DNA of 64,000 bases from Halomonas sp. (GCF_014859505.1 NZ_JACUUD010000002.1:4166-68165); one strand, 5' to 3'. Numbered from the stretch's first letter, positions 18,978-28,834 are shown. Made by a program: numbers and translations. Notes: a model not told the origin generated them from the letters alone.

Positions 18978-20459
18978 TCAGTCGAGCAGGGTCAGCAGCC
19001 AGTCGTTGTTGGCCCGGATGGCGTCGTACAGCGCACGGCTGCGCGCCTCGAGCTCGGTATCGTCACCCCAGTCGCCGGGGCGCTCGAAGGCCTCGCCGCT
19101 GCGATAGGCGTTGCCCGCCGCGGTGGCGAACCAGGCGATGGCGGCGACCTGGTGGCGCTCGTCGATCACCTCGCCATCCGCCACCGCCAGGCGGCGCTGC
19201 ATCAGGCCGTCGTCACCCAGCTGGTAGTCGAGGGCGGCCTGGAGCAGGCGGTCGCTAAGCTCGCCGATGCCCTCGCCAAGCTCGGGGCGGGTCTCCAGGA
19301 AGCTGGAGGTGCCGTCACGCTCGCGCAGGGTGCCGAAGCCCCCGGTCAGGTGGTTGAGGAAACGCCACTGGCTCTCGGTATCGATCCGCTCGCCGTCGGC
19401 CTTCACACCCTCCCCGGTGAAGACGACCCGCTCGGCCAGGCCCCAGTCGCGGAGCGCCTGGTCACTGTCCAGCAGTGCCAGCGTCATGTCCGCCTTGCGC
19501 TCGAAGAGCTGTGCTGCCAGATCGCGGTCATCCTCCTCCCCGAACACGTACAGGATCTCGTAGAGGGCCTTGTGGCCGCGCACCAGGCTGCCCAGGGTAT
19601 CCAGGTGGTAGGCGCCGTCGTTGTCCAGGTCGTAGATCCGGCGCTCGCCGTCCCAGGCCGCGTCCAGGGTGCCGGCCAGGTTGCGGCTGATCTCGACCAG
19701 GCGCTCCAGGCTGATGCCGTGGGCCGCCTCCATGCGCTCCTCGCTGAGCTGGCCCATGTCGTCGGCGCCGCCCGGCTTGTCCCAGCGCACCCAGGAGTAG
19801 GCCTGGCTGTGCAGCACATCCAGGCCGTGGGCCAGGCTGGCGGCGTCCCGCTCGCTCTCCACGTCCTGGAAGCCGCGCTGACCATAGTGGCTCTGGGTGA
19901 GTCGCTGGGTGATGGCCCCCAGATAGCCCGCCGGGCCGAAGGTGATGGCCTCCTCCAGGCCGTGGTCGGCCCAGCGGCCGGCGCTGTGATGCATGTGGTA
20001 GCTGAAGGCGGCCTGGGCCAGATCGGCCAGGTTCATCTCGCGTCCCGGCACCCATTCGCCCTCTTCCTGCACCATGGTGCCCACCGCACCCTCGTCGGTG
20101 AAGAAGGCCGCCGCCTGCTGCTGGAGGTCGAGCCAGGCCTGCCCCTGGGCCGCCATGGGCGCCTCGGCCAGGTTGGCATCGTAGCCCTCGTGGCCCATCT
20201 CGCTGTCACGCATGATGCGCCCGACGCTGGCCATGGCATGCTGAACCGCCGAGAGGTCGCGATGGTAGAACGCCTCCTGGTAGAAGAGCGCCTCGCCATC
20301 ATCGCCCACCTGGGCAGGGATCGGCAGGTCGACCCCGGAAGCCTCGGGCAGGGTGTCGTAGTTGGCCAGCGCCGGTAGGCTGGCCAGTGCCAGGCCACCC
20401 ATGCCGGCCGCCACGGCACGGCGCAGCAGGGATGGGGTAAAGCGTGAGGTAAGGATCAT
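18978..20459 (-). CDS. Exported acidic hypothetical protein (493 aa)
   Basis: Long ORF with typical codon use; AGGAG RBS before ATG 20459; signal peptide (LLRRAVAAGMGGLALASLPALA); no family recognised. Confidence 0.8.
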   Translation of the reverse strand: MILTSRFTPSLLRRAVAAGMGGLALASLPALANYDTLPEASGVDLPIPAQVGDDGEALFYQEAFYHRDLSAVQHAMASVGRIMRDSEMGHEGYDANLAEAPMAAQGQAWLDLQQQAAAFFTDEGAVGTMVQEEGEWVPGREMNLADLAQAAFSYHMHHSAGRWADHGLEEAITFGPAGYLGAITQRLTQSHYGQRGFQDVESERDAASLAHGLDVLHSQAYSWVRWDKPGGADDMGQLSEERMEAAHGISLERLVEISRNLAGTLDAAWDGERRIYDLDNDGAYHLDTLGSLVRGHKALYEILYVFGEEDDRDLAAQLFERKADMTLALLDSDQALRDWGLAERVVFTGEGVKADGERIDTESQWRFLNHLTGGFGTLRERDGTSSFLETRPELGEGIGELSDRLLQAALDYQLGDDGLMQRRLAVADGEVIDERHQVAAIAWFATAAGNAYRSGEAFERPGDWGDDTELEARSRALYDAIRANNDWLLTLLD

Positions 20460-20504
20460 CGGACTCTCCTTGTTGGCCATGACATCACACGATGCCGAGC
20501 CCTC

Positions 20505-20537
20505 ACCCTAGCGCCCCTTCCTGAAATCCAACTGAAA
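20505..20537 (-). promoter_or_regulatory. OmpR/PhoB-type tandem repeat with -10 element for the 493-aa gene
   Basis: Minus strand TTTCAG-N5-TTTCAG (20521-20537, 11-bp period), then exactly 10 nt, then TAGGGT (-10-like, 20505-20510). Confidence 0.55.
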
Positions 20538-20542
20538 GGCGT

Positions 20543-21874
20543 TCACGGGGCCAGGGGCAGGGTCACCACCAGCCGGGTTCCCTCCCCCGGGGCGGAGAAC
20601 AGCCGGGCCTCGCCGCCGTGCTGGCGCGCCACCTCGTCGATGATGGCAAGCCCGAGCCCGGCGCCCCCCTGGTGGCGCTGGCGGGAGGGGTCCCCGCGGT
20701 AGAAACGCTCGAAGGCGCGCCGGCACTGCTGTTCGCTCATCCCGGGACCGCTGTCGGCGATCTCCAGGCGTGCCCGGCCCGCCTCGGCCAGCAGGCTGAC
20801 GCTGATGGCACCTCCCGACGGGGTATAGTCCGCGGCGTTATCCAGTCCCGCCCCCACCAGGCGGGCCAGCAGGTCGGCGTCGCCCACCACCCGAAGCCCC
20901 TCGGCCAGGTGCGAGGTGAGCGACTGCCGATGCGCCTCGATCCGGGGACGCCGCAGGCGGAGCTGGCGATCCACCACCTCACCCAGGGCCAGGCGCTCCC
21001 GGCGCAGCGACAGCCCGCCGGCATCCATCCTGGCCAGCAGCAGCAGCGCCTCCGCCAGCCGCCCAAGGCGACGCACTTCGTCCCGGGCATCCACCAGGGT
21101 CTGGTGGTGGAAGTCGTCCAGGCGCTCGCGGCCCTCCCGCTCCACCAGGGCCAGGGCGGTGTTCATTACCGTCAGCGGCGCGCGCAACTCATGGGAGGCG
21201 CTGGCGATGAACTCCCGCTGCTGGCGCAGGGCCTGCTGCAGCGGCTGCAGGCTGCGGTCTGCCATCCACCAGCCGCCGAGGCCCGCCAGCACCACGAAAC
21301 CCAGCGCCAGGAGCAGCAGCAGCACCAGCAGCTGTTCCAGGTGAGCCAGGCTGCCGCCCACGTCGGTGGCGGCATAGACGCTGCCGAGATAGCGCCCTTC
21401 TGCGTCCTTCACCGGATGGCGCAACAGGGCCAACTGGAGGACTCCTTCCTCGTCCGCGAGGATCTCCTCGAAGACCACCTGATCGCGGGGCAGGGCGTTA
21501 CTCTTGAGCAGCGCCAGCACCTCGTCGCGCAGCGAGGGGCGCGTCTCGTTGCCGTGCACCAGTCGCGAATCAGGACCCAGCACGTAGTAGAAAGCGGTGC
21601 GATGGGGGCGAAAGCCGATGGTGACGTCCTCGGGGCCACGCCGGCCGGCCACCCAGGCCTCCAGATCCGGCTGGTGGACTTCCGCCTCGCGCTGGGCGAG
21701 CTGAACCAGCTCGCTCTTCAGTGACTGCTTCACCAGGGCCGAGTGCATCAGGTAGCCCACCAGCAGCACCGCACAGAGCCCCAGCGCCATGCCCAGGGCG
21801 TAACGCCAGGCGAGGCGCCGCCGGCAGGCGTCGAGGTGAGCGAGATCGTGGAGGGAAGCTGACGGTCGGGACAT
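20543..21874 (-). CDS. Sensor histidine kinase (2 TM, HisKA + HATPase)
   Basis: H box ASASHELRAPL, N box LDNAADYT, DSGPGM, FERFYRGD, GAGLGLAI. Confidence 0.93.
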   Translation of the reverse strand: MSRPSASLHDLAHLDACRRRLAWRYALGMALGLCAVLLVGYLMHSALVKQSLKSELVQLAQREAEVHQPDLEAWVAGRRGPEDVTIGFRPHRTAFYYVLGPDSRLVHGNETRPSLRDEVLALLKSNALPRDQVVFEEILADEEGVLQLALLRHPVKDAEGRYLGSVYAATDVGGSLAHLEQLLVLLLLLALGFVVLAGLGGWWMADRSLQPLQQALRQQREFIASASHELRAPLTVMNTALALVEREGRERLDDFHHQTLVDARDEVRRLGRLAEALLLLARMDAGGLSLRRERLALGEVVDRQLRLRRPRIEAHRQSLTSHLAEGLRVVGDADLLARLVGAGLDNAADYTPSGGAISVSLLAEAGRARLEIADSGPGMSEQQCRRAFERFYRGDPSRQRHQGGAGLGLAIIDEVARQHGGEARLFSAPGEGTRLVVTLPLAP

Positions 21875-21880
21875 GGGGCC

Positions 21881-22558
21881 TCAGGCCTCGTCGGCGAAGC
21901 GGTAGCCCAGGCCGCGCAGGGTCACGATGGGCTGGCGGGCAGCGACGCGTTCCAGCTTGCGGCGCAGCAGGCGCAGGGTGGCGTCCAGGGCGTTATCGGT
22001 AACCGCCTGGTCATGTCCCCACAGGCGTTCGTAGATCAGCTCCCGGGGCACGCTGTGGCCGGCGCGACGCATCAACAGCTCGAGCAGCTGGAACTCCCGC
22101 TGGGTCAGCAAGACCGTGCGGCCACCATGGGCGACGCGCCGCTCGTCACACTCCAGGGTCCAGGCCCCGACCTGCAGGCGGCGGTCGCTCAGAGGACGAC
22201 TGGCACGACGCCCCAGCGCCTCGAGCCGAGCCAGCAGCTCCTCGGGCTCGAAGGGCTTGAGCAGGTAGTCGTCGGCCCCGGCGGCAAAGCCCTCGAGCCG
22301 ATCCTCCAGGGCGTCCCGGCCGGTCAGCATCAGGATGCCGCCCTCGAAGCCATCGGCGCGGGCCCGCTCGCACAGCGAGACACCCTCCTCGTGGGGCAGC
22401 ATCCAGTCCAGCACCAGCAGGTCGTAGTCACCCTGGGCCATCAGCGCCGCCGCCATCCGCCCATCGTGGGCCACGTCCACGGTGTGCCCCGCCTGGCGAA
22501 GCAGGTGGTCCAGCAGCCGCGTCAGGCGCTCGTCGTCATCCACCAGCAGCAGATACAC
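21881..22558 (-). CDS. OmpR-family response regulator
   Basis: GTG start after GGAG; LLVDDD, LDWMLP, ADDYLLKPF, LTQREFQLLELL, TLRGLGYR. Confidence 0.93.
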   Translation of the reverse strand: MYLLLVDDDERLTRLLDHLLRQAGHTVDVAHDGRMAAALMAQGDYDLLVLDWMLPHEEGVSLCERARADGFEGGILMLTGRDALEDRLEGFAAGADDYLLKPFEPEELLARLEALGRRASRPLSDRRLQVGAWTLECDERRVAHGGRTVLLTQREFQLLELLMRRAGHSVPRELIYERLWGHDQAVTDNALDATLRLLRRKLERVAARQPIVTLRGLGYRFADEA

Positions 22559-22642
22559 CCTCAACTCCCTGTCGCATCCAGCACGATATCGCCTTTCGAG
22601 GCTCATGCAAAACGTGAAGAAATACAATAGTCTAGCCCAAGG

Positions 22643-22659
22643 ATTAAGGAAGTATTAAG
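22643..22659 (+). promoter_or_regulatory. OmpR-type tandem repeat upstream of ttrB
   Basis: ATTAAG-GAAGT-ATTAAG (11-bp period), 17 bp upstream of the FNR box. Confidence 0.55.
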
Positions 22660-22676
22660 AGCCGGCTAACATTCTC

Positions 22677-22690
22677 TTGATGCATATCAA
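22677..22690 (+). promoter_or_regulatory. Perfect FNR/ANR box for ttrBCA
   Basis: TTGAT-GCAT-ATCAA. TAGGCT at 22713-22718 places the box at about -41.5 (class II). Confidence 0.8.
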
Positions 22691-22787
22691 CCCCATCGAC
22701 CTTGGTCGCAGGTAGGCTTTCCGGTGTCACCCCCTTTCTTCCTGTCGCAGGGCGATCCCCCGCGACACCCAGGCTACCGGAGGCGCC

Positions 22788-23567
22788 ATGGACCACCTTC
22801 GCCGCTCCCTTCTCGGCCAGCTGGCCCGCCTCAGCGCGGGTGCCGCCCTGATACCGCTCTCGAGCGTTGCCAGCGCCGGCATCAACAGCCAGCCGCCGCG
22901 CCGAGAAGGCGACCCCACCAAGCGCTACGGCATGCTCATCGACCTGCGCCAGTGCATCGGCTGCCAGGCCTGTACCGTGTCGTGCCATATCGAGAACGAC
23001 GCCCCCATGGGCAAGTTCCGCACCACCGTCTCCCAGTACGAGGTGGAGCATCAGGAGACTGGCGAGCTGGCCACCTTCATGCTGCCGCGCCTGTGCAACC
23101 ACTGCGAGAACCCGCCCTGCGTGCCGGTCTGCCCGGTGGAGGCCACCTTCCAGCGCCAGGACGGCATCGTGGTAGTGGACAGCGACCGCTGCGTGGGCTG
23201 CGCCTACTGCGTCAACGCCTGTCCCTACGACGCCCGCTTCATCAACGACAGGACCCAGACCGCCGACAAGTGCACCTTCTGCGCCCACCGCCTGGAAGCC
23301 GGCCTGCTGCCGGCCTGCGTGGAGAGCTGCGTGGGCGGCGCGCGGATCATCGGCGACATGCGCGACCCCGAGAGCCAGATCAGCCGCATGATCAATGATC
23401 ACCGCGACGAGCTGATGGTGCTGCAGCCCGAAAAGAACACCCTGCCCCAGGTCTTCTACCTCGGCATGGACGAGCGCTTCATCACGCGCCCGCTCGCCGA
23501 GCCGGTAACCCTGGAAGTCCTCGACCCCCACGGCAAGGAGATGGGTTATGAATTCCATGGCCATTGA
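22788..23567 (+). CDS. ttrB: Tetrathionate/selenate reductase-type 4x[4Fe-4S] subunit B
   Basis: Tat-like LRRSLLG; CIGCQACTVSC, CNHCENPPCVPVC, CVGCAYCVNACP, KCTFC...PACVESC. Confidence 0.88.
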   Translation: MDHLRRSLLGQLARLSAGAALIPLSSVASAGINSQPPRREGDPTKRYGMLIDLRQCIGCQACTVSCHIENDAPMGKFRTTVSQYEVEHQETGELATFMLPRLCNHCENPPCVPVCPVEATFQRQDGIVVVDSDRCVGCAYCVNACPYDARFINDRTQTADKCTFCAHRLEAGLLPACVESCVGGARIIGDMRDPESQISRMINDHRDELMVLQPEKNTLPQVFYLGMDERFITRPLAEPVTLEVLDPHGKEMGYEFHGH

Positions 23568-24744
23568 GCTGCTCGCTCCCCGCTACGCCATCGCCTGGTA
23601 CCCCTGGGCGGTGCAGTACTTCTTCCTGATCGCCATCTCCTACGCCACCCTGTGGCTGGCAGCCCCGGCGCTGGTGTTCGGCCAGCAGCGCTGGCTGCCC
23701 ACCGCACGCCTGGCCATGCTGGCCTGCCTGACCACCACCCTGGTGGCGCCGGTGGCGCTGCTCGCCGACCTGCACCAGCCGCTGCGCTTCTGGCACTTCT
23801 ACGCCTACTCCACCTCCAGCTCCTGGATGTCCATCGGCAGCCTGCTGCTGCCGCTCTACGTGGTGGGCGTGCTGCTGCTCGCCTGGCTGGCCTGGCGCCC
23901 CGCCCTGCAGGCCAATCGCCAGGCGCCCGGCCTGCCGGGCCTGGTGGCGCGCCTGCTGTCGTTCGGTACCGCCCCTACCCCGCGCGCGGCGCTGGTACTG
24001 GTGGGCCTGGGCACACTCGCGCTCTCCACCGGCATCATGCTCTACACCGGCGCCGAGCTCGCCGTGGTCAAGGCGCGTCCGCTGTGGAACACCGTCTGGC
24101 TGCCGCCGATGCTGGTCACCACCGGCTTTATCGCCGCCGCCGGCCTGATCCTGGTGCTCAACCGGGTCAGCGGCCTGCGAGACCAGGCCAGCAGCGGCCA
24201 GATGCTCAGGGTGCTGCTGGGCGCCTGCGTGGTGGCCGGCATCATAGCCGGCAGCTGGTTCCTGGACGGCATCAACGCCAACGTCGGCTCGGTGGCCGCG
24301 GCGCTCGATTCCGTGCGGGCGAGCCCCTCCTGGCGCAGCACCGCCCTCTGGGGCGGCCTGACCGGGGTGGCCCTGTTCGGCGCCGTGCTCACCCTGCTCA
24401 CCCGCCCCGCCGCCCGCCACCCGGCCCTCTTCGCCTGGGCCTGGGTGCTGGGCCTGGTGGCCATCCACATGGGCTGGATGTTCCGCTGGGTGGTGCTGAT
24501 GGACGTGCAGCACGTGGCCCGCAACAGCGCCGGCTTCCACCACTACGGCATCCCCGCCGGCTCCTCCGGCCTCCTCGGCATCGTCGGCACCTTCGGCCTG
24601 TGGCTCGCCGCGGCCCTGGTGATCGACCTGCTGATCCCCTGGCGCCAGGCGCGTCAGGGCGGCAGCGCCGCCGACGTCTCCTCTTCCGAAAGCAACGCAC
24701 AGCCCGACGCCAAGTCCGTCGAAGGAGCGCCCAGCCATGGCTAA
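23557..24744 (+). CDS. ttrC: NrfD/PsrC-family membrane anchor subunit C
   Basis: IAWYPWAVQYFFL, ALLADLHQPLRFWHF, SWMSIG, YTGAEL, WMFRW; polytopic. Confidence 0.85.
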   Translation: MAIELLAPRYAIAWYPWAVQYFFLIAISYATLWLAAPALVFGQQRWLPTARLAMLACLTTTLVAPVALLADLHQPLRFWHFYAYSTSSSWMSIGSLLLPLYVVGVLLLAWLAWRPALQANRQAPGLPGLVARLLSFGTAPTPRAALVLVGLGTLALSTGIMLYTGAELAVVKARPLWNTVWLPPMLVTTGFIAAAGLILVLNRVSGLRDQASSGQMLRVLLGACVVAGIIAGSWFLDGINANVGSVAAALDSVRASPSWRSTALWGGLTGVALFGAVLTLLTRPAARHPALFAWAWVLGLVAIHMGWMFRWVVLMDVQHVARNSAGFHHYGIPAGSSGLLGIVGTFGLWLAAALVIDLLIPWRQARQGGSAADVSSSESNAQPDAKSVEGAPSHG

Positions 24745-27700
24745 GTCACCCGTCGACACCTCACGCCGCCGCTTCATGAAGGGTGCCGTCGCCGCCGGCG
24801 GTGCCGCCACCTTCGTCGCCGGCTACTCCGACCCCCTGGCCAAGATGGCCAAGGGCGTCACCGGCAGCGCCGGCGAGAAGCCGAAGGACCGCATCCACGG
24901 CAACTCCCTGGCCCCGGAGTACCGGGTCGACCTCGACACCGGCGAGCTGACCCTCAACCCGGACCAGCGCACCGCCTTCACCATCTGCTACGGCTGCACC
25001 ACCCAGTGCGGCGTGCGGGTGCGCGTCGACAACGAGAGCGACCGGGTGCTGCGCGTCTCCGGCAACCCCTACCACCCGCTCTCCGCCGACGACCACCTGC
25101 CCATGCGCACCCCGGTGGCCGAGGCGCTGCGCCACGTCAGCGCCTACGGCGGCCAGGGCCAGGTCAACCGCTCCACCGCCTGCGCCCGCGGCAACGCCAT
25201 GATGAGCCAGTTGGAGAGCCCCTTCCGCATCGACCACTGCCTCAAGCGGGTGGGCGAGCGCGGCGCTCGCCAGTGGCAGAAGATCTCCTTCGAGCAGCTG
25301 ATCGAGGAGATCTGCGAGGGCGGCGACCTGTTCGGCGAGGGCCAGGTGGACGGCCTGCGCGCCATCCATGACCACGACACCCCGATCGACCCGGAGAACC
25401 CGGAGTTTGGCCCGAAGGCCAACCAGCTGATGGTGATGGAGGCCACCGACTACGGCCGCTCCGAGCTGCTCAAGCGCTTCACCCTCAACGGCTTCGCCAC
25501 CCGCAACTACGGCCACCACGGCTCCTACTGCGGCCTGGCCTTCCGCATGGGCTCCGGTGCCGTGATGAACGACCTGGGCGCCAACGCCCACGTCAAGCCG
25601 GATATCCAGAACGCCCGCTTCATCATGTATATCGGCACCGCGCCGAGCCAGGCCGGCAACCCGTTCAAGCGCCAGGGCCGGCTGATCGCCAAGGCCCGTG
25701 CCGAGGGCACCCTGGAGTACGTGGTGGTGGACCCGGCGCTGAACGCCTCCGCCTCCCACGCCGCCGACCACAACCGCTGGGTGCCGATCCGCCCCGGCAC
25801 CGACAGCGCCTTCGCCATGGCCATCATCCAGTGGCTGCTCGAGAACGAGGGCTACGCCAGGGAGTTCCTGGAGCTGCCGGGCAAGGCCGCCGCGGACGCC
25901 GCCGGCGAGGCGACCCACTCCAACGCCACCCATCTGGTGATCGACACCGCCGACCACCCGCGCCGCGGCCACTTCCTGCGCGCCAGCGACCTGGGCCTGG
26001 CGGAGCCCGACAGCGACGCCGACGGCCCCATGGTGGTGGTCGATGGCGAGCTCGTTCACGGCGAGGAGGCGATGGCGGCCGAGCTCTTCATCGACCGCGA
26101 GGTCGAGCTTGCCGACGGGAGCGCCGTGCGGGTGAAGAGCAGCATGACCCTGCTGCGGGAGTCGGCCAACGAGTTTGAGCTGGCCACCTACGCCGAGCAC
26201 TGCGGCATCCCCGAGGCCACCATCGTCGAGCTGGCCCGCCGCTACGCCAGCCACGGCCGCCGCGCCGTGGTCAACTGCCACGGCGGCATGATGTCGGGCA
26301 ACGGCTTCTACGCCGCCTTCGGCGTGCAGATGCTCAACCTGCTGGCCGGCAACTACAACATGAAGGGCGGCAGCGCCGTGGGCGGGGGCCAGTTCAACGG
26401 CTTCAGCCAGGGCCCCCGCTACGACCTGGTGAACTTCCCCGGCAAGCGCGGCCCCCAGGGCGTCTTCCTCTCCCGCTCGCGCTTCCCCTACGAGCGCTCC
26501 TCGGAGTACCGCCGCAAGGTAGAAGCCGGCGAGAATCCCTACCCGGCCAAGGCGCCGTGGCGCTCCTTCGCCCCGCCCACCCTCACCGAGCACCTGCCCT
26601 CGGCGCTGGACGGCTACCCCTACCCGATCAAGGCGCTGATCGGCTGCATGGCCAACCCCATCTACGGCCAGGCCGGGCTCGAGGCGATGATCGCCGACAA
26701 GCTCAAGGACCCGAAGCGCCTGGGGCTCTTCGTGGCGGTGGACGGCTTCATCAACGAGACCAACCGCTACGCCGACTACATCGTGCCCGACTCGGTGATG
26801 TACGAGGTGTGGGGCTTCACCGGCGCCTGGAAGGGCGCGCTGGGCAAGCTGACCACCGCCTGCTGGCCGGTGGTGGAGCCGCGCCAGCAGAAGACCGCCG
26901 AGGGCGAGCCGGTCTCCATGGACAGCTTCTTCATCGCCGTGGCCAGACGCCTGGGCCTTTCCGGCTTCGGCGACGAGGCGATCCCGGATGCCGACGGCAA
27001 CCTGCACCCGCTCAACCGCGCCGAGGACTACTACCTGCGCGCCGCGGCCAACATCGCCTTCATGGACGAGCCGCTGCCCGAGGCCGACGAGAGCGACGTC
27101 GCCCACGGCGGCATCGCCCCGCTGCTGCCGCGCCTCGAGCGCACCCTCAAGGCCGATGAGCGCGGCCGGGTGGCCTACCTCTACGCCCGCGGCGGACGCT
27201 TCCAGGACGCCAGCGACCACTTCCGGGGTGAACGGCTGACCAACGCCTGGCGGCGCACGCTGTGCGTCTACAACGAGGTGGTGGGCACCAGCATCGACAC
27301 CATGACCGGCAAGACCAACCGCGGCGTACCCGGGCACAGCCTGCCGCTGCTGGCCAACAAGCAGACCATGCGCGAGGTGTTCCCGGAGGAGGAGTGGCCG
27401 CTGCTGGCCTTCTCGTTCAAGTCCAACCTGATGAACTCCTACGCCATCGGCAACGAGCGGCTGCGCATGATCAAGCCCTACAACCCGGTGCAGATGCATC
27501 GCCAGGACGCCGAGCGCTACGGCATTGCCCACGGCGACACCATCCGCATCGACAGCCCCGGCGGCAGCGTGGTGGGCCTGGCGCTGGTCAGCGAGAGCGT
27601 GATGCCGGGCTCGCTCGGCATCGAGCACGGCTACGGCCACCGGGATCTCGGCGCCACGCCCCACGTGATCGACGGGGAGTCCCAGCCGGACATGCCCTGG

Positions 27701-27832
27701 CTGCGCGCCGGCATCAACATCAACGACCTGGGCTTCCGGGACCCGACCCGCAACGTGGACGGCACCTGGCTCGAGCCCATCAGCGGCGCCAGCGTGCGCC
27801 AGGGCCTGCCGGTGAGGGTCCGCCGCGCCTGA
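24737..27832 (+). CDS. ttrA: Molybdopterin catalytic subunit A of the TtrA/SrdA clade
   Basis: Tat SRRRFMK; CYGCTTQC...GNPYHP...CARG 4Fe-4S motif; HGSYCG; 1031 aa; B-C-A gene order. Confidence 0.85.
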   Translation: MAKSPVDTSRRRFMKGAVAAGGAATFVAGYSDPLAKMAKGVTGSAGEKPKDRIHGNSLAPEYRVDLDTGELTLNPDQRTAFTICYGCTTQCGVRVRVDNESDRVLRVSGNPYHPLSADDHLPMRTPVAEALRHVSAYGGQGQVNRSTACARGNAMMSQLESPFRIDHCLKRVGERGARQWQKISFEQLIEEICEGGDLFGEGQVDGLRAIHDHDTPIDPENPEFGPKANQLMVMEATDYGRSELLKRFTLNGFATRNYGHHGSYCGLAFRMGSGAVMNDLGANAHVKPDIQNARFIMYIGTAPSQAGNPFKRQGRLIAKARAEGTLEYVVVDPALNASASHAADHNRWVPIRPGTDSAFAMAIIQWLLENEGYAREFLELPGKAAADAAGEATHSNATHLVIDTADHPRRGHFLRASDLGLAEPDSDADGPMVVVDGELVHGEEAMAAELFIDREVELADGSAVRVKSSMTLLRESANEFELATYAEHCGIPEATIVELARRYASHGRRAVVNCHGGMMSGNGFYAAFGVQMLNLLAGNYNMKGGSAVGGGQFNGFSQGPRYDLVNFPGKRGPQGVFLSRSRFPYERSSEYRRKVEAGENPYPAKAPWRSFAPPTLTEHLPSALDGYPYPIKALIGCMANPIYGQAGLEAMIADKLKDPKRLGLFVAVDGFINETNRYADYIVPDSVMYEVWGFTGAWKGALGKLTTACWPVVEPRQQKTAEGEPVSMDSFFIAVARRLGLSGFGDEAIPDADGNLHPLNRAEDYYLRAAANIAFMDEPLPEADESDVAHGGIAPLLPRLERTLKADERGRVAYLYARGGRFQDASDHFRGERLTNAWRRTLCVYNEVVGTSIDTMTGKTNRGVPGHSLPLLANKQTMREVFPEEEWPLLAFSFKSNLMNSYAIGNERLRMIKPYNPVQMHRQDAERYGIAHGDTIRIDSPGGSVVGLALVSESVMPGSLGIEHGYGHRDLGATPHVIDGESQPDMPWLRAGININDLGFRDPTRNVDGTWLEPISGASVRQGLPVRVRRA

Positions 27833-27845
27833 GGCAATCCTGTGC

Positions 27846-27871
27846 CTGTCGAGCGATCAGTCGCTCGACAG
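27846..27871. terminator. Hairpin between convergent ttrA and egtD
   Basis: CTGTCGAGCGA-TCAG-TCGCTCGACAG. Confidence 0.55.
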
Positions 27872-28834
27872 TCAGTCGCTCGAAAGGTAGTGCACGCTGA
27901 ACAACGCCTCGGCGTCGCTCCAGACCGCGCTCGGCCGATAACCGGCTCGCCTGGCCAACGCCTGGAACCCCTTGCGACTGTACTTGCAGGAATTTTCCGT
28001 GTGCAGCGTCTCGCCCCGGGCGAAATCGAAGCGGCACTCACCGAGGACGAGGGTCTGCCGGCACCTGCTGACCAGATGCATCTCGATGCGCGATGACGCC
28101 GCATCGAAGTAGGCGAGATGCCGGAAGTTGCCGGGCTCCACCGCAACGCCCAGTTCGCGGCGCATGCGCTCCAGCAGATTGAGATTGAACGCCGCCGTGA
28201 CACCGGCGGCATCGTTGTAAGCCGCCTCGAGGGCACTCGTGTCCTTGACCAGATCGACCCCGATCAGCACGCCGCTGCCGGGGGGAAGGGCCCGGCGCAG
28301 CCGCGCGAGAAAGGCCTCGGCCTCGACCGGCGTGAAGTTGCCGATGCTCGAGCCGGGAAAGAAGGCTACCACCCGCCGACCCTCGACCCCTGTCGGCAAC
28401 CGCAACCGGGCCGAGAAGTCCGCCCAGGCCGCGTGAACCTCGAGCCAGGGATAGTCGGCCGCCAGGCGACGGGTGCTCTGCAGCAGGAAGTCGCGGGAGA
28501 TATCCACCCCCAGGTAACGACTCGGGCGCAGCGTCTCCAGCAGCAGGCGCACCTTGCGGCTGGCCCCGCTGCCCAGTTCGACCAGCAGCGACTCCGGTCC
28601 GACCAGCGATGCGATCTCCTCGGCGGCCGCGGCGAGGATGCCCTCCTCGGTCCGGGTCAGGTAGTACTCGGGCTGGCGGCAGATCGATTCGAACAGCAGG
28701 GAGCCCCGTTCATCATAGAAGTACTTGGGCGACAGGGCCTTGGGAGAGCGGCCCAGCCCGGCGATCACGTCGTCGCCAAACGACGGCCCCGCTTCGTCGA
28801 CATGCTGGTCATGGAAATGGACGGCTGTGGACAT
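27872..28834 (-). CDS. egtD: L-histidine N-alpha-trimethyltransferase (hercynine synthase)
   Basis: PKYFYD, PEYYLTRTE, VELGSG, FFPGSSIGNF, GVDL, YND..GVTAAFN, RIEMHL, HTENS. Confidence 0.9.
   Translation of the reverse strand: MSTAVHFHDQHVDEAGPSFGDDVIAGLGRSPKALSPKYFYDERGSLLFESICRQPEYYLTRTEEGILAAAAEEIASLVGPESLLVELGSGASRKVRLLLETLRPSRYLGVDISRDFLLQSTRRLAADYPWLEVHAAWADFSARLRLPTGVEGRRVVAFFPGSSIGNFTPVEAEAFLARLRRALPPGSGVLIGVDLVKDTSALEAAYNDAAGVTAAFNLNLLERMRRELGVAVEPGNFRHLAYFDAASSRIEMHLVSRCRQTLVLGECRFDFARGETLHTENSCKYSRKGFQALARRAGYRPSAVWSDAEALFSVHYLSSD

Noticed and set aside
20543-22558. Naming the two-component system ttrS/ttrR
   Set aside because: The regulator has an OmpR winged-helix output and the kinase lacks a TtrS-like binding-protein domain, so the symbols were withheld.
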